Shown in pieces: positions 12,110-27,100 of a stretch of 64,000 nt of DNA. The DNA comes from Chiloscyllium plagiosum (taxonomy: Eukaryota), in assembly GCF_004010195.1 (NCBI RefSeq), contig NC_057719.1, forward strand, positions 76,974,702-77,038,701, in the 5' to 3' direction. A program made the position numbers and the translations under genes. The stretch's first letter is position 1; each line of letters opens with the position of its first letter. A model generated the notes under the pieces. The model saw nothing but the letters and a program-made list of their open reading frames with translations. It made no database searches and was not told the origin of the DNA.

Positions 12110-15100
12110 TTGTGAATTTTGATAGAAGCGGCCACTTGCATATGAAATTAAATAAGCTTGTAAATTCATCAGTTTAAAAACTGAGAGGATTCCCAGATTG
12201 TTTAGCTTGGATATAACACTTCAGTCATCTTTTTAATTACATTGTTACTTGTGTTAAAAGCCAGATATAAGCTGCATCATTATTTTGACTGGCATTAAAA
12301 GTTAAGAAAAGTTGTCAATCTGATAGACTAATTTTGTTTCTCTATCCATGAATGGTGCCTCATCTGCTGAGTTTTTATCTCCGATTTCTACCATCTGTGG
12401 TGTTTGTTTTCATGTCAACGTAATTAATGTTCTGCCAGTTTTCTGGTGACTCTTGCCCATTCACTTCCCTTGCTGTTGTTCATGTATTAAAGATTAATGA
12501 GCTGTTTTTATATGCAGACCTACTTGTAACAGGAAAAGATAGTATTAATTGCATATAAATTGCAAACAAACCAATGCAAATGATAAAGCAATACTTTTTT
12601 GAATTCACTTAATATGGTTTCCAGAAAGACATAATCTAAATCAGGATGGACTAGAGGTTATTTGGTTTAGTTATGAGTAGTGTAACAGAAATAATTAAGA
12701 TTCTGATAGTAAGGGAACACTTTGGGAATATTGATGGGCTTAAAGGATAATTTTAAAAGAATAGAAACCGGAATCTTTGATCTGATTTCGATGGATCTGA
12801 GGCAGTGATTTCAAAAGAAACTGCAGTGGAGTAGGATTGGTGGCAAAGTGGTAGTGGAATTTAATAAAGACTACAACAAGGTCGTACTATGAATGACAGA
12901 GGGGATGCATTTGGAGTCGTACAATCACACTCAACAAGAATAGCTGAAATCAGCAACTGCAAAGCAGGGCAACTGATATGGGAGCATAACTCCATCAATT
13001 CATCTCATTGCCACACACTGTCCTGTCTTTTGGCTATACTGTTGTTCATTCACTGGTATTGAATGCTGGAACACCCTTCCCAACAGCACCATAAATGTAC
13101 CTGCAGCAAAGGACTGAAGCAATTTAAGAGGGCAACACCTTAGCACCTGCTTGAGGTATGGACAATGAATTGCGCACACATCCCATGACTGAATGAAAGA
13201 AAGTCTTAACCAAAATGCAGATGCTCCTAAAAGAGGGAAGAAAGTTGGCAAGTATAGGACTGGGGAGATTATAGAATCTAATAAAAAGAAACTATCAAAA
13301 TATTGAGAGAAACCAAGGCAAGTGAATCAAAAACCTTGCAGACAATGTTTTTCACATTATCATGATTGTTTGCAAGTGCATGGAACCAGCCCTGGAGAAT
13401 TCAGAGAAAATTCTTCCCAAGAGTTATTGGAATGCAGAATATTTTACCCCAAAATGGCCATAGTTAAAAGCAAAGTAAAATAATTTAGTGGAATGTAATG
13501 ACATTTGTTTGAATGGAGTAGGAGTGTGCAGGGTAGGAATTTGAAATTGAAGAAATAGAGCTGCAAAGTTTTTTTTAAAAAGTGATCTAGACTACTTGTT
13601 CTTATCCTGTTATTAGCATTTAATGCACAACTTATGTTCCATTCTGAGAGTTTTATTTCTTTGTTTCTTTACTATTGTCACTCCGTACTAGACATCTTTC
13701 AATCAAAATGAGGAGTAGCCTCTGCTGGCAGATCTGATCTAGCCAGTGAGTTCTTATTTGACTGGCAATGTTGAAAGAGGTTCCATTCTTTCTTAGTGTG
13801 CTTTTGTACAAAGATAATTGAGTTTCAGCATTATTTTCCAGCATGGAGAAGTAGAAAAAAAACAGCTCCATATTTATTACAATCCATCAGTCAGGAGTTC
13901 GGCTTTGCAGGCCTCCCATTGTAGGGAACAGAATTTAGTTAATGCCCACACAGGGTATAGAACTTGAGAACATGAGTAGGCCATTTAGCCCTTCAAATCA
14001 ACTCACTGTTGAATAAGAACATGGCTGATCTGATTACGGCTTCAGCATATTTTCTTGTCCCTACCCCATAACTCTTAACTCCCTTGTTCAAAAATCTATT
14101 TAACTTAATCTTGGATAAATTCAATCACCCAGTCTCATCTACACCAAGGAGACATAGATCAGTGAAAAATGTTCTGTTAGCCTGCTTGCATATGTCAGAG
14201 TTCCTTGGCTGTCTGTTGAACTTGACCACGGAGGACAAAATAATATCATTGCCTGCAGCACCTCCTACAATTCTGTCTCCACTGTTTTCTGAGGAAAAGA
14301 ATTCCATAGCCTGGTGATCTGAGCAAAAAGGTTTCTCCTCTGTCCAGTCAGCACCGGTTCCTCCACACCAATCTTAAAAGGGGTAAGTCTTATTCTGAAT
14401 CTGTATTCGCTAGTTCTAATTTCCTGAACAAGGGGAAACTGTCTCCATCTGTCCTATCAAGTCCCTATTTGATCTTGAAGGTTAATATTTAAAGCTATGC
14501 AAACAAGGAGATGGGAAAGTAATGGGAAGACCAGTTATCCCTTAGAGTGGGTGTAATTTCTAACATCCCCCTTTTTATTGAACATTTTTAATAAACATTT
14601 TTCTTGTTTGTGAATTATGCTAACAAAGATGCATTTGTGAATGACGTTATTTCTTGAGCTGTTGATGCCCTTGTGGCATTGGTGGTCCCATGATGGAGTG
14701 ACTCGAATTAGACAATATTATAAATAAACTAATGAAAGAATGACATTATATATCCAAGCCTAGATGGTGTATGGGTGTAGGGGAAACTGCAGGTGATGGT
14801 CAAGCTTAGAAGACAGCCAAGAAATGTTTTGAAGTAAGTAGACCATATAATCTTTTTAATGATCCATGTCTCCTTGCAGTAGATAAGAGTAATGAAGGAA
14901 AAATAGCAAATTATTGACCTGGTTGGGAAATTGACTGACTGAAGCTTTCAAAATCAGAAGAGAGAAAGGCATGGCCAATAGAGACCAGCTATTTTTGCTG
15001 TTTAGGGGGAACCAGGATGGAACGGCATAGTCTGAATGTTAGAGCAGAGTGAAAATAGAAAAACATCTTAATGTACAAAGAATGGGGCGGAAATGGGACG

Positions 15101-18100
15101 ACAATAGCACAGTTTTTTATTCTATTAAGTGTCTCCTTCAATTGTTCTTTTATGTAATTTTCTTTTCAGATTTGTATAGTTCGATTTTACCTTTTAATCA
15201 AGGTCACAGTTCTGAATTAGGATGTATGACTGCTTAATACCGATTGTATTCTTGATATGTCTTGTTACGATAATGAGAAACTGATAACAAAGAAATTTAA
15301 GCTTCTAGTTAGTAGCTGAATGGGTAAAACAGCAATGTTTCACATTAAAAGATGTTTATTGTAACAAGTAGACTGGAAGTACTACTTACTAAATGCTAAT
15401 TTTGAAAGCAACTTTAAAGCTGCTGAATTGATCTTTTGGTCTTTTAACACAACTGAAAAAATGTATTAGCAGGAATATGTTACACTGTCTTTTAAGCAGA
15501 CATTTAATTCTTCCCAAACCAGTCCAAAATAATTCTTGGCTCTCAAGGGTTCCCTTTGCAAGTTTTTGTTTCTTTCCCTGCCTGGAAATGTTCAACTCCA
15601 GAACTATCCTTTATCTGTATTTTTTTTCTTAGAGGTTCTTTCTTTACCTAAAACTTGGCAAATCTTCTAGCCTCAGTTTGACTCTTCATGAATGGATATC
15701 TAATTTTTTTTCTCTACCAATTTTGAAACCTTCAGTCAATTTCTCAACCAGGTCAATAATTTGCTATTTTTCCTTTATTACTCTCATCTATAGCAAAGAG
15801 ACATAGATTAGATTTCCCAATCTGAGCTCAAATTTTTAACCAGAAGTTTGCATGGTGATAGTATCTTGCTGCTTATAGTTGGTCTCTTACACTCAGACTC
15901 TGGCAGACTAGCTTTGTTTGAGACCTTTTCAGAGATATCTTAGGCCCGTCCCATTTCGAAGCACATCTCCACAACCTGTGAATCCTATTGATCTTGCAAC
16001 CAAATAGAAATGCTGATTAGCTGCTCTTGACTGTCTAGCTCTCTGTATATAGGCAGCTTAAAGCTCCTAATTTATAAATGCCATTCTCAACAGTTTTCTT
16101 TCCAGAATTTTTCTTTTGTTAAATGTAAGTACTTTTGGTGCTTCTGATGTAAGATTTGTGAAAGGCTTGTGGTACCAAAATCGAATTGAGGCATTATAAA
16201 TGGCAGTTAAAAAAATGACTTTGCAATCTAATTAATTACAGATACTAAAACTTTGGCATGGGGCCTCCAAGGTGGGAACAGTGAGTAATAGGTTTTGACT
16301 GGATGTGTTATTAGTAACCAAGGATCGGACTAGAAAGCCACATCATGTTATGCATCAATCAGCTTATTAGAAGAGAATGCATTCAATTTTGTAAAAACAA
16401 AATTGATGGAAGTGCACGCCACTGTGAGAGATAAGTATTGAAAAAAAAATCTCTTGATTAATTCAGAATTCACCCTCCGAAAAGTATTGTCAAGCAAATT
16501 TTAATGCCAATCATATTTTTTCTGTAAGTAAATGTCATGATTTAACAAAATTATGGGTTTTTTTCAATCTGGAGCTCTCACTCTTTAACCTTATATCCAT
16601 TATATTTAAAAGTAGATTATTGAATGTAGAATTTTGTCTGATTGCTTGATGCATTTTAAGAAATATATTAAGATGAGATGTTCCATTCGCCAGTTTATAC
16701 AACTATACATTGCATAACATTTGCAACTTATATTTGGACTAGTATGTAATCATACTTCAAGCAATAATAAGAAGTAACGTTGTACTTCTATTGGATGCAA
16801 TTTATTTGTTGCTCATTTGAGACGAAAGGATTTTTTTTTTCTCTCAGACCTCTACCGGCAGCCAACATTTGGAAAAGAAACTATGTGCTTTGGTTTGTGG
16901 ATATTTAGAGTTCTAACTTAAGGTACTTCAACTAACTCAAAATGCAAATCTATGCTTTGTGAGTAAAAACAGATGGAAGAGAGGAGATGTACATTATCTA
17001 GATTGTATTAATGATGTGCTGTTCCTTTTTATATATGATCTTTGCAATCTGAGCACTCTGTTCCATCAGCTATAAATGAGTTTAGTCAGTTGTCAGTAAG
17101 ACAGCTGGATGTGTGATTTTTGCAGCTGGATCATCTTGCTTTGAGCTGGGAATGAGAGAAGGCATGATTGATGGCGATAAGTCTCTCTTTGACTGGTTTA
17201 AACTGAGCCATGTCATTCATGATGGCCAAAACCATTGAATCTTTGAGAATTGTTAAAGTAATATTAAAGAGACAAACTTGAAGCGAAAGTGAGATCGTGT
17301 TCATTTGAAAACTAGAATTTTATTTCTATTTTAATATCAGAAGAAAATAAAAGGCTATTACATATATTTAATGTTGCTTATGCAAGACCTGGTCCACAAG
17401 CTATTCATATACTTGACATACATGTGTTATGTAGGGCTGTACAGATCCTTACTGACAGAATAAGATTAATGCTGTTCATTATCAACCCTCTGCACCTGCT
17501 TACCATTTTAAAACCATGAAAAAAGAAGCATTTATATTTAGTTGTCAGCCACCTGCTACACACCTCGCAAAGCTGAGCATTAATATGAGCTCTGATACCA
17601 GTGATCAGAATTGATAGTGAAGCTTCTTTGTCATTGGAGCCATCTTACCTTGTAATGAAGTGCTGGTTGTCCCTGGCAATTGAGCATAGGGATGGACATA
17701 GAATCCCCTCTTCTGGCTAAATATTTTATTGTCCTCCACTGTTCATGACTAGATGCAACAGGACTGCAGAGCTTTGATCTGATCTATTAACTGTCATATC
17801 ACTTTGCTTTTTTTTAAAGTTATTATTGCACAGGATGTTGGTGTCACTGGCTAGACCAGCATTTATTATTGACACCTAACTGTCATTGATAAGATGGTGG
17901 TGAGACATTTCCACTGTTTCGTGTGCTGTAGTCTAACCAAAATTAGCATTTCATTATTAGGCATGCCTTGTGCTCTTCCTGGTATATACCCCTGCATTCT
18001 TCTTTGAACCAGATTGATTTCCCGGCATGGTGACAAAAGCAGCCTGAGGGATTTCTCAGGCCATGAAATTATAGGTTTCTGTTGATGGCCAACATCAATG

Positions 18101-19499
18101 CCTGGTTTGGAGTTGCTCTGAACTTGCCCTTATAACATTGTGTCAGACAACAACAGAGAATGCCCTTCGTGTGAAGTTAGTGCTGAGAATCCATAAGGAC
18201 TGTGCAGTATTAATTGTAACTTAATAGACAGATGCACGAATACATAGGTTAGTAAGACGTCTTTCTGTCTTGCTGATTCTCTCATGACCTGCCATAGTCG
18301 TGGTATGGCAGACATATCCTTCAATACTCAGCTAATACAGTTATGATCCTGGAAAGTCACTAAAATACAGCTCGAGTGCATTCTGTTTCCTTGTTACTCT
18401 TGGTGTGCCTTCCAAATGGTGCTCAACAGGTTCATTGTGCCTGCCTGTGCACAGTGTGCACGTTTGTGCTTGTGTGTGTTGGGCGCGAGTCAGGGGAGGA
18501 GGAAGAGAAAATGGGCTACGCTCAGCAGAAGGTTTTAGAACATAGAGCGTAGAACATTACAGCGCAGTATAGGCCCTTCAGCCCTCATCACCATCTTTGG
18601 AAAAAGGCTATCACTGTCCACCCGATCTAACCCTCTGATTATCTTGTGTTTCAATTAAGTCACTTCTCAACTGTCTTTTCTCTAACAAAAACAGCCTCAA
18701 GTGTTTTCTTGTCCATAATACTATGTCATTGTCAAATTCAGAGTGAATACTGAAGATGTCCAGCGCCATTCCACCCTAGAAATATACCACTGCAGTTTCA
18801 CTTCTGGTGAGTCTGTCCTACTAGTGTGATTAAAAAAATTCCAGGAATGGTGATGATGGACTCTAGGGCATTGGCTGTAAAGTATTATTTACAAAGTACT
18901 GTACAGTTATGTTAAGCAGTTGTTGAGCTAGTCAGTAGAAGAATTTCCCCCACCATCCGCACATTTTTAAAAATTCTTTTATGAAGTAGGTTTCAAGAAA
19001 TGGCTGAAGGCACTGGGCACCCTGGCATATTTTGGCTGTGGTACTGAAGACATACTCCAGAACTAGCCGTAATGTATTCTAGTTCAGTTACAATACTGAC
19101 ATTTTATGGGCAATATGGAAAATTGTCCAGCTATGTGCCCATTTTAAAAAAAAAGGATAAATTCCAATTCAGACAATTAGCAGTCCACAAAGCAATGCAA
19201 AATATTGTAAACAGTGTTATCAAGCAGAATCTATTCAAAAATATGCTCATTGATGCTTGTCTGGATTCTGGCAAGGCCACTTAATATTAGATCTTAACAT
19301 AGCATTTGTCTGGATATAAAGAAGAGTTGATTTGAAGAGGAGAAGGTGAAAGAGACTCCCTTTAACATCATGACAAAAATTAACTGAGATGTCATCAAGG
19401 GGAAATTTTACATTGGCTGTATTCATAACTAGCAGAAAAGATGATGATAGTAGTTGTTAGAGGCGAATCATTTGTGATCCAAAAAAAAAATCAAAGACA

Positions 19500-21760
19500 A
19501 GACAGTACTACATAGGAAAAGGCATTTCAAAACTAAAAACTATTCCCTGCATGTTCCTATATCTGTCAAGATGTCTCTTAAAAAATGTGATTTTATCCAC
19601 CACCTTTGGCATCGCATTCCAGGCACTTTACACTCTGTTTATTAAAAAACTTGACCCCTTTTACCTTTAAACCTATGTCCCCTAGTAATTGACATTTCTA
19701 CCCTGGGAAAATGTCGCTGACTATCTGTTCTATCCGTGCCTCTCATCATTTTGTCAGCTTCTGTCAGGTCAGCCCCCTCGTCCTTTGGTGTTCAAGTGTA
19801 AACATACCAAGTTTGTACAAGCTGTCCTAGTAGGTGGCACCCTCCAGATCAGGCACCGTCCTGGTAAACCATTTCTGTACCCTCTCCAAAGCCTCCACAT
19901 CCTCCTTGTAACATGGAGACCAGAACTGTGCACAGTATTCCAATTGTGGCCTACCTAAAGTTCTACACAGCTGCAATATGATTTGCCAATTTTTATATTC
20001 TATGCTCTGACCAATGAAGGCATGCATGCTTTCTTGACCAACTTATCTACTTATATTGCCGCTTCAGGGAACTGTGGACCTGAATGCCTCGATCCGTATG
20101 TATGTTTCTGTTGTTCACTAACGTCCTTTATGGAAGCAAACTGCCATCCTTACCTGGTCTGGCCTACATGTAACTCCAGACCCAAAGCAATGTTGATTTT
20201 GAACTGCCCTCTGGACAATTAGGCATGGGCAATAAATGCCAGGCCTAACCAGTGACACCCTTATCCAGTGAATGAATTTTTAAAAATGTTGATGCTATGA
20301 AGGGTGCTGCGATTTTTGTTTGTATTAGATCCTACATTATATCTCCCAAAACACATCACCACCTCTCATTTTCCAGGTTAAACTATATCTGCCAGTTCTC
20401 TGCCCAAATCTCTAGCCTAGCTATATCCTGCTGTATCATCAGATACACAGCTCCCCCATTCTTTGTGTCATCTGCAAACTTACCAATCAGGCCACTTACA
20501 TTCTCCAAATTATTTACATTTATTACAAGCACCAGAGCTCCCAGCACTGATACATGTGAAACACCACTGGTCATAGATCTGCAGTTTAAAAAAAAAACAC
20601 CCTTCCCACCACCAGTTTCTGTCGTCTATGATTAAGCCAGTTCTATGTGCATCTTATCAGCTGACTGCGGATCCCATGTGACTTCACCCTTTGTATCAAC
20701 CTGCAATAAAGGTGTCTGTCAAAAGCCTTGTAGAAGTCTATATATTCAATATCTACTGCCCTGCCCTTATCAATCATCTTTGTCATCATTTCAAAAAATT
20801 CAATCAAGTTTGAGATGTGAGTTTCCCACACAAAGCTATGCTGCCTATCGATAATCAGTCCATATTTTTCTACATATATGTAAATTCTATCCTTAAGAAA
20901 CCTCTCCAATAATTTCCCTCCCACTGATCTAAGACTTACCAGCTTGTAATTTTCCAGATTAACCTGTTTGCCTTAAACGAAGGAACAACATTGGTCATTC
21001 TCTGGGAACTTTCCTGTGAGTAAAGAGGATACAAAAATTTTGTTCAATGCCCCAGCTGTCTTACCTGCCTCCCTGAAGGTTTTGGGACAGATGCCATCAG
21101 GTCTTAGGGACTTGTTTATCTTAATCCTTTTCAAAACACCCAAGAGCGCCTTTTTAAAAAAAACTATATTGATATGTTCCAGAATATCGGTATATATCTC
21201 CCACAGACTTACCATCCACCAAATTCTTCTCCTTTTTAAATACTGATGCAAAGTATTCCTCCACCTCCACACACACATTGCCTCCTTTTGTCATTGAGTG
21301 TACCCACCCTTTCCCTAGCTACCCTCTTGCTCCTTATGTAAGTATAAAATACCTTGGGATTTTCATTAATCCTGTTTGCCAAAGATGTTTCATGCCCCCT
21401 TTAGCCCACCTAATTCGTTGTATCCTTTGAGGGCTCTGTATGCCTTCAGTTTCCTAAACCTTATGTGTGCCTATTTTTTCATTTTGACGAAGCCCACAAT
21501 TTCTCTTGTCATCCAAGATTTGAATCTTGACATCCTTACCTATTATTTTCACAGGAACGTGCGGATCCTGAACTCTAATCAACTGGCCTAAAAAAAAAGC
21601 TTCCTGCATTCCATATGTGGATTTCTGATCAAACAGCTGTCTCCAATCTACATTCCCCAATTCCTGCTTAATATTGTGGTAGTTGGCCTTCCCCCAGTTC
21701 AGTACTTTCATTTGAGGGCGACTCTCGTCCTTATCCATAAGTAACATAAAGCTTAGAGAG
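19500..21760 (-). mobile_element. Decayed CR1 LINE (with another LINE 3' end inserted at ~20110-20285)
   Basis: Minus-strand ORFs RPQLEYCAQFWSP, KFADDTK, DFYKAFD and LNWGKANY. Confidence 0.9.
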
Positions 21761-21819
21761 AACCTATATTGTAGAAGCTTTTTCATGGTAGTTTGCTAGA
21801 TCAAACCATCTTGAACTAC

Positions 21820-22650
21820 TTTTGTCAGTGATGTTCACTCCATCATAACATCAGAAATGAGAATGCTCAGTGGTTGCACATGGGTACTGAAACAGTCCAT
21901 GCCTATATGCACCAAGACTTTGTCAACGTTTAGCCTTGGGATGAATGTAGCTTGTAATGTTTTGCACTCTTGCATTGGGCGGTGACTGTCTCCAACAAGA
22001 GAAATGTGACCATTTTCATTTGATGTTCAATGACATTAGCATTGTTGAAACTTCCATTATCAACTTCCCAGAGATCATCATTGACCAAAAGCTGAGCTGG
22101 ACCAGCTATATAAATACTTAACTACAAGAGCAGGTTAGAGGCTGGGAATTCTCAGATGATGAATTCACCTCCTGACTCACCACCAGTATAGCACAATCAG
22201 GAATGTGATGGAATACTACTACAGTTATCTGGATGAGTATTGCAACATTCAAGATACCGCGCAGCACACTTGATCAGTATCCTAACATCATAACCATTTT
22301 ACTCCTCAACTGTCAGTGCACATTGTCCTATAATGCAAGATATTACCACAGCAATTCACCAAGACTCCTTGGATAGCATCTCCCAAACCCATGACTTCTA
22401 CCAAGCATAAATCAAGGACAATGAATGCATGGGAACCTATCACCTTGAAGCATCTTGCCAAGTCTCACACCATCCTGACTTGGATTTAGATTACTGTTCC
22501 TACAACTGCTAAGTCAAAAACCTGGAACTTCTGATCAGTGTTGTGAATACACCTACGTGAGATGGACTGCAGTGATTGAAGGGGATTTATTGCCACCACA
22601 GTGAGTGCAACGAATAATGGGAAATGAATGCCAGCTTTAGCAGTAATGCT
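21820..22650 (+). mobile_element. Decayed LINE of a second CR1/L2-type family (other fragments near 5960-6240, 13040-13200, 17820-19480, 38600-39990, 56860-58120, 61500-62060)
   Basis: Recurrent motifs INILGVTIDQKL, tacaaggcacaagtcagga and the 3' end gggcaataaatgctggcc...cacatcccatgaatgaa. Confidence 0.6.
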
Positions 22651-23784
22651 TATTTAAAAAATATGTTCATTGAGCACAACAAACCCATCACCAGATGTTG
22701 CTGGAACAAAACCAAGTGGTATTGGGTGTCGCTCCTCTTCAGCCAAAAATAAACACATGTTGAGGACCATCCTGGAGAGAGAATTTATATCCTGAATTCT
22801 TTTCCACCTACAGCTATCTCAGCAAACTTTTTACATTCTGGCCTTTAATAATGACCACAAGGAGCTTTATAGTCTATTTTTTACCTTCTAATGCCATTGG
22901 ATGCTTTTTGCCCACCAAGCCACATTTCATTCCATTCTTTGTCTTGTCCTTTCTCAGGACTCGCATAGATTTCTCTGTAGTTTCTCTGTTTTTCTCCCTG
23001 AATGGGTCCTTCTGCATGCAGTTAACGCATAACCAATAACCTGTCGATCACCAAACTGTGTCTCTTTTTTGTACTAGTATTTTAAATTATTCTCTTTGCT
23101 CACGTTGTGTCCTCCACACTTTCAAAACTCATTACCCACTAAAATTTCTGCCTTTTGATTCTGTTGGAGCAAATTACTGCAAATGTTGGAATTTTTTTTG
23201 CTTTCATCTTTTGATCCTTTTGTGTTTGTTTATGAGTATACCATCACCAAAATTTATTTTCTCAAGTACTTTGCATTTGTTGCCAGCTCTCAAATCCATT
23301 GTTCTCTCTCCATAAGTGGTTTGAATATTTTCATTTAGGTTTCCAGAGTTGGGTTAGAAACACAATTTTCCATGTTTATAACCTTGGTTCGTTATGTGTG
23401 TGTATTATATATAGTTAAGATCCCAGCTGATATTATCGCTAAACAAGTCCAATCCCAGTCAGGAACCTGGGTTGATCAATTTATATTTCTTTTGTTTTGG
23501 TTTTAGCAAAGTCGGCTCTCCCTGTTAAACAAACATGCCATGTTGCAGATTTTGTTTTAACAATAACATGGAAATTTACTAACTAAAGAAATGGAAATAA
23601 AACCGAATAATACAAACTATCTATCTAGAGAAGCATAGAACCCAAAAAGTGACAATCGGGTCTGCACTGATTCTCTCTGAAGAACATCCCACCCAGGCCC
23701 ACCTTTTATCCTAACATATCTGGATTAACTCTTCACTCTAAGCTAATTTAACTAATATAATCCTTCCATCTCAGGCAACCCTAG

Positions 23785-24460
23785 CTTGTACAGCCATCAT
23801 GAGTCACAGGTAGACAGGATAGTGAAGAAGGGGTTTGGTATGCTTGTCTTTTTTGGTCAGTGCATTGAGTATAGAAGTTGGGTGATCATGATGCTGTACA
23901 GCACATTGCTTAGGCCACTTCTAGAAAACTGTGCAGTTCTGATCTCCCTGTTGTAGGAAGGATGTTGTGAAATTTGAAAGCGTTCAAAAAAGATTTAAAA
24001 GGATACTCCCATGGTTGGAGCATTTGAGCTATAGGGAGAGGCTGAATAGGTTGGGGCTATTTTCACTGGAGTGTTTGTGGCTGAGGGGTGACCTTTTCTC
24101 AAGGTTTATAAATTCATGAAGAGCATGGATAGGGTGAATAGACAAAGTCTTTGCTCTGGGTGGGGGAGTCCAAAACTAGAGGGAATAGTTTAAGATGACA
24201 GGAGAAAGATTTAAAAGGGATCTGAGGAGCAACTTTTTCGTGCAAAAGGTGGTGCATGTGTGGAATGGGGTGCCAGAGGAAGTGGTGGAGGTTGGTATAA
24301 TTGTAGCATTTAAAAGGCATCTGGATGGATATATGAATAGGAAGGGTTGAGGGATATGGGCTGAATGCTTGCAAATGGGATTAGATTAATTTAGGATATC
24401 TAGCCGACATGGATGAGTTGGACCAAATGGTCTGTGTTCGTGGTGTATAGCTTTATGACT
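23785..24460 (+). mobile_element. CR1 LINE 3' fragment
   Basis: Closely resembles 8825-9498. Confidence 0.9.
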
Positions 24461-25479
24461 TTGCAGGATTGCCCCACTCGAAGTCAAAAGTGAAACTCGA
24501 GTCTTCCACCCTCAGCTCTGGGCATTTTGTTTGATCTTAAAAAAAAAGTTCTAGAATACACATACAAACGTTTGAGACCCCCTTATTCAGATTGTTTGCA
24601 AGCCAGCAATATAAGTAAAAGAAAGTCCAATGTTAATGAACAAAACCCATTCATTCAAAAGCCAGACCTGAGAAGATTGTTTAAAAAAAAATCATTGTGG
24701 GTACAGACTGCTTACAAGTTGATTGTCAGCAGATGGGCTTTCTGTGCAACTAAAGTCATGAACTCAAACACCAGAAACCCAAGCTCTCAAAAACATTATA
24801 CACACACATCCCACAGTTTGGGTCAGTATATCTTTGTCCTTGTGACAATGTGTCAAAATTGACGCGGTTGACGACATTAATGCCACCTCCATTTTCCAGC
24901 TCAGTGGGCTAGTCCTCATTTGCCTCTTAACTTCAGTAGGGTTCTCCTTTCAATGCCTCTTTCTTGCCCACTGACATCAAGGTTTTGATTATTCAAGCCT
25001 CCTTTGGCTCAGTGTCCGATATTTGCAATGCTTCTAGAACATTTTTGAGGTGCTGTATAAATGCAAGTTATCGCCTTCAGATTATGGCATAGCTACTATT
25101 TGTTTTTTTCTGTACGTCTTTAAATGTTTGTACTAAACAGTGACTGAAGCAAGTTGAAATGTAATTTTTCTGTTATTGCTATTCAGTTGCTAATTAGAAT
25201 GAAGCTTGAACGCAAGCCCATGTTTTTCTTGGCTTATCTTTTGCAAACTAAACACAAGCATTAAACAAGTATTCTTGTTTTTTATGTCATGTTTTTTTTT
25301 AAACTGTGGCAGTCATGAGATTTTGAGTAATAAATCCATAGGGATGTTGAAAGCTATAAATGAAACCCAAATGATAAATAACATTCAGTTTAGCAAATCA
25401 TTTTGCTATCCACAAATTCCCAAGTTGCTCAAGTTCAAAATGTGTTAACAGAATCACCCTCTTGCTACCATGTCTAGGG

Positions 25480-26630
25480 ACTGAAGTTTTACAATTGGGA
25501 GAAGACCAGCCCTAATGAAACTGGGCAATTTGTTAAAGTATCTGGGGGAACGTTTGGTGGACAATGATCAGAACTTCATTATATTCAACATTGTTACGGA
25601 AAAGGTCAAGTTTGGGCCTGAAATCATAGTTCTAAACTGAGAGGCTGATTTTCAATCAAATCAGATATGATTTGTCTGGAGTGGACTGACAATAGATACT
25701 TCTAAGTAACTCTGTATCAGAGCTTTGAATGCATTCAAGGAAAGAGAGACAGTATAAGGCCAACATGTTCCAATGCAGAGAAAGGATGGGACCAACCAAT
25801 CCAGCAAACCCTAGTTATCAAGTGATGTGTTTTTGGATAAAGAGAAAAAGGGAAGCTTATGGCTGATACCAAGGGATCAAAACAGCCGAAGCCCTAGAGA
25901 AGTGTAGAATGTACAAGAGGGGAGCTTAAGTTAGGATAGTGCAACGAAAATGCATGAAAGGAGAATGGCACATAAACTAAAGGATTAAGCCAAGTTATTT
26001 TACAAGTACATTCAGTGCAAAAGGGTAACTAGGAAAAGAGAGAGGTCCGTTAAGGGCCATAGTGGTCATTTGTGTGAGGAAGTAGGGAGTAGGATATAGA
26101 AATCAGAGAGGAGGACAATGATGGAATTGAATAAATTAGCTTTGACAAACAGGAGTTCTGAGTGGCTTGGCAGCCTTAAACGTAGATAAATTTCCAGGCT
26201 CAGCATCAACATATCCAAAGCTGTTGACTGAGACAAGAGAAGGTATAGTGATGGGGCTAGCAGTAGTTTTCAATTCCTCTCTGGCCACAGAAGAGGTGTC
26301 AGAGGACTGGAGGACAGATGTAGCGCCATTATTTAATAAGAGAGGAAGGGTAAACCAGGAAATAGGCCGGTCAGTCTAATCTCAGTTGTGGCAAAACTAT
26401 TGGAATTAATTCTGAGGGACGGAATTAACCTGCACTTGGACAGACACCGAGTAATGAAACTAGTCAATATATTTTATTAAGAGGAGGTCATATCTGATCA
26501 AACTGAATTTTATGAAACGGTGACCATGTGTGTACATGATAGTAATGCATTCAACATAAGAAGGCCTTTGACAAGGTACTGCACAGGAAGCTACTGAGTA
26601 AGGTAAAGACTCATGATGTTAGAGGCAAGG
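25480..26630 (+). mobile_element. Decayed CR1 ORF2 fragment (end of endonuclease domain to start of RT)
   Basis: NDQN (SDH-like), FYKYI and EDWR...PLFNK motifs; KAFDKV near 26565. Confidence 0.75.
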
Positions 26631-26634
26631 TGTT

Positions 26635-27100
26635 AAAGACCATGCAAGAACTGTGGAAAAACACTACATCGGACAAACAAGCAGGAAACCTGCCACCAGG
26701 ATACATGAACACCAAATAGCCACGAAAAGACATGACCCACTATCACTAGTTTCCATACATACATACATACAGACAAAAAAGGATGCCACTTTGACTGGGA
26801 CAACGCACACATCCTAGGACAGGTGAAACAAAGATACACATGAAAATTCCTAAAGGGATGGCATTCTAATCAAAACACCACCAATAAACACATAGACTTA
26901 GATCGCATCTACCTTCCCTTGGGGGGAAAAAAAAGAACCGGAAATGACATCACCCACCTTAAGAAACCAAGACCTATAAACAGAGGCAGGAGATGCCAGC
27001 AGCGCTTCACTGGAGATTCTCAGTGATGATGATGCCTTGTCATAGTGATGAAATGTCTGAAAGCAAACCTTCCAGTTCAGCAAGTTAACTTACGTACTTG
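26635..27100 (+). mobile_element. Penelope-like element 3' fragment
   Basis: CKNC...HYIGQT and HFDWDNAHILGQ; degenerate gtgatga...gaaatgtc core near 27020-27057. Confidence 0.8.

Noticed and set aside
23413..24847. Possible solo LTR interrupted by a SINE tail and a CR1 (similar impression at 62080-62450)
   Set aside because: Ends in TGTGACA but has no clear TG start, TSD or second copy; cannot be supported.
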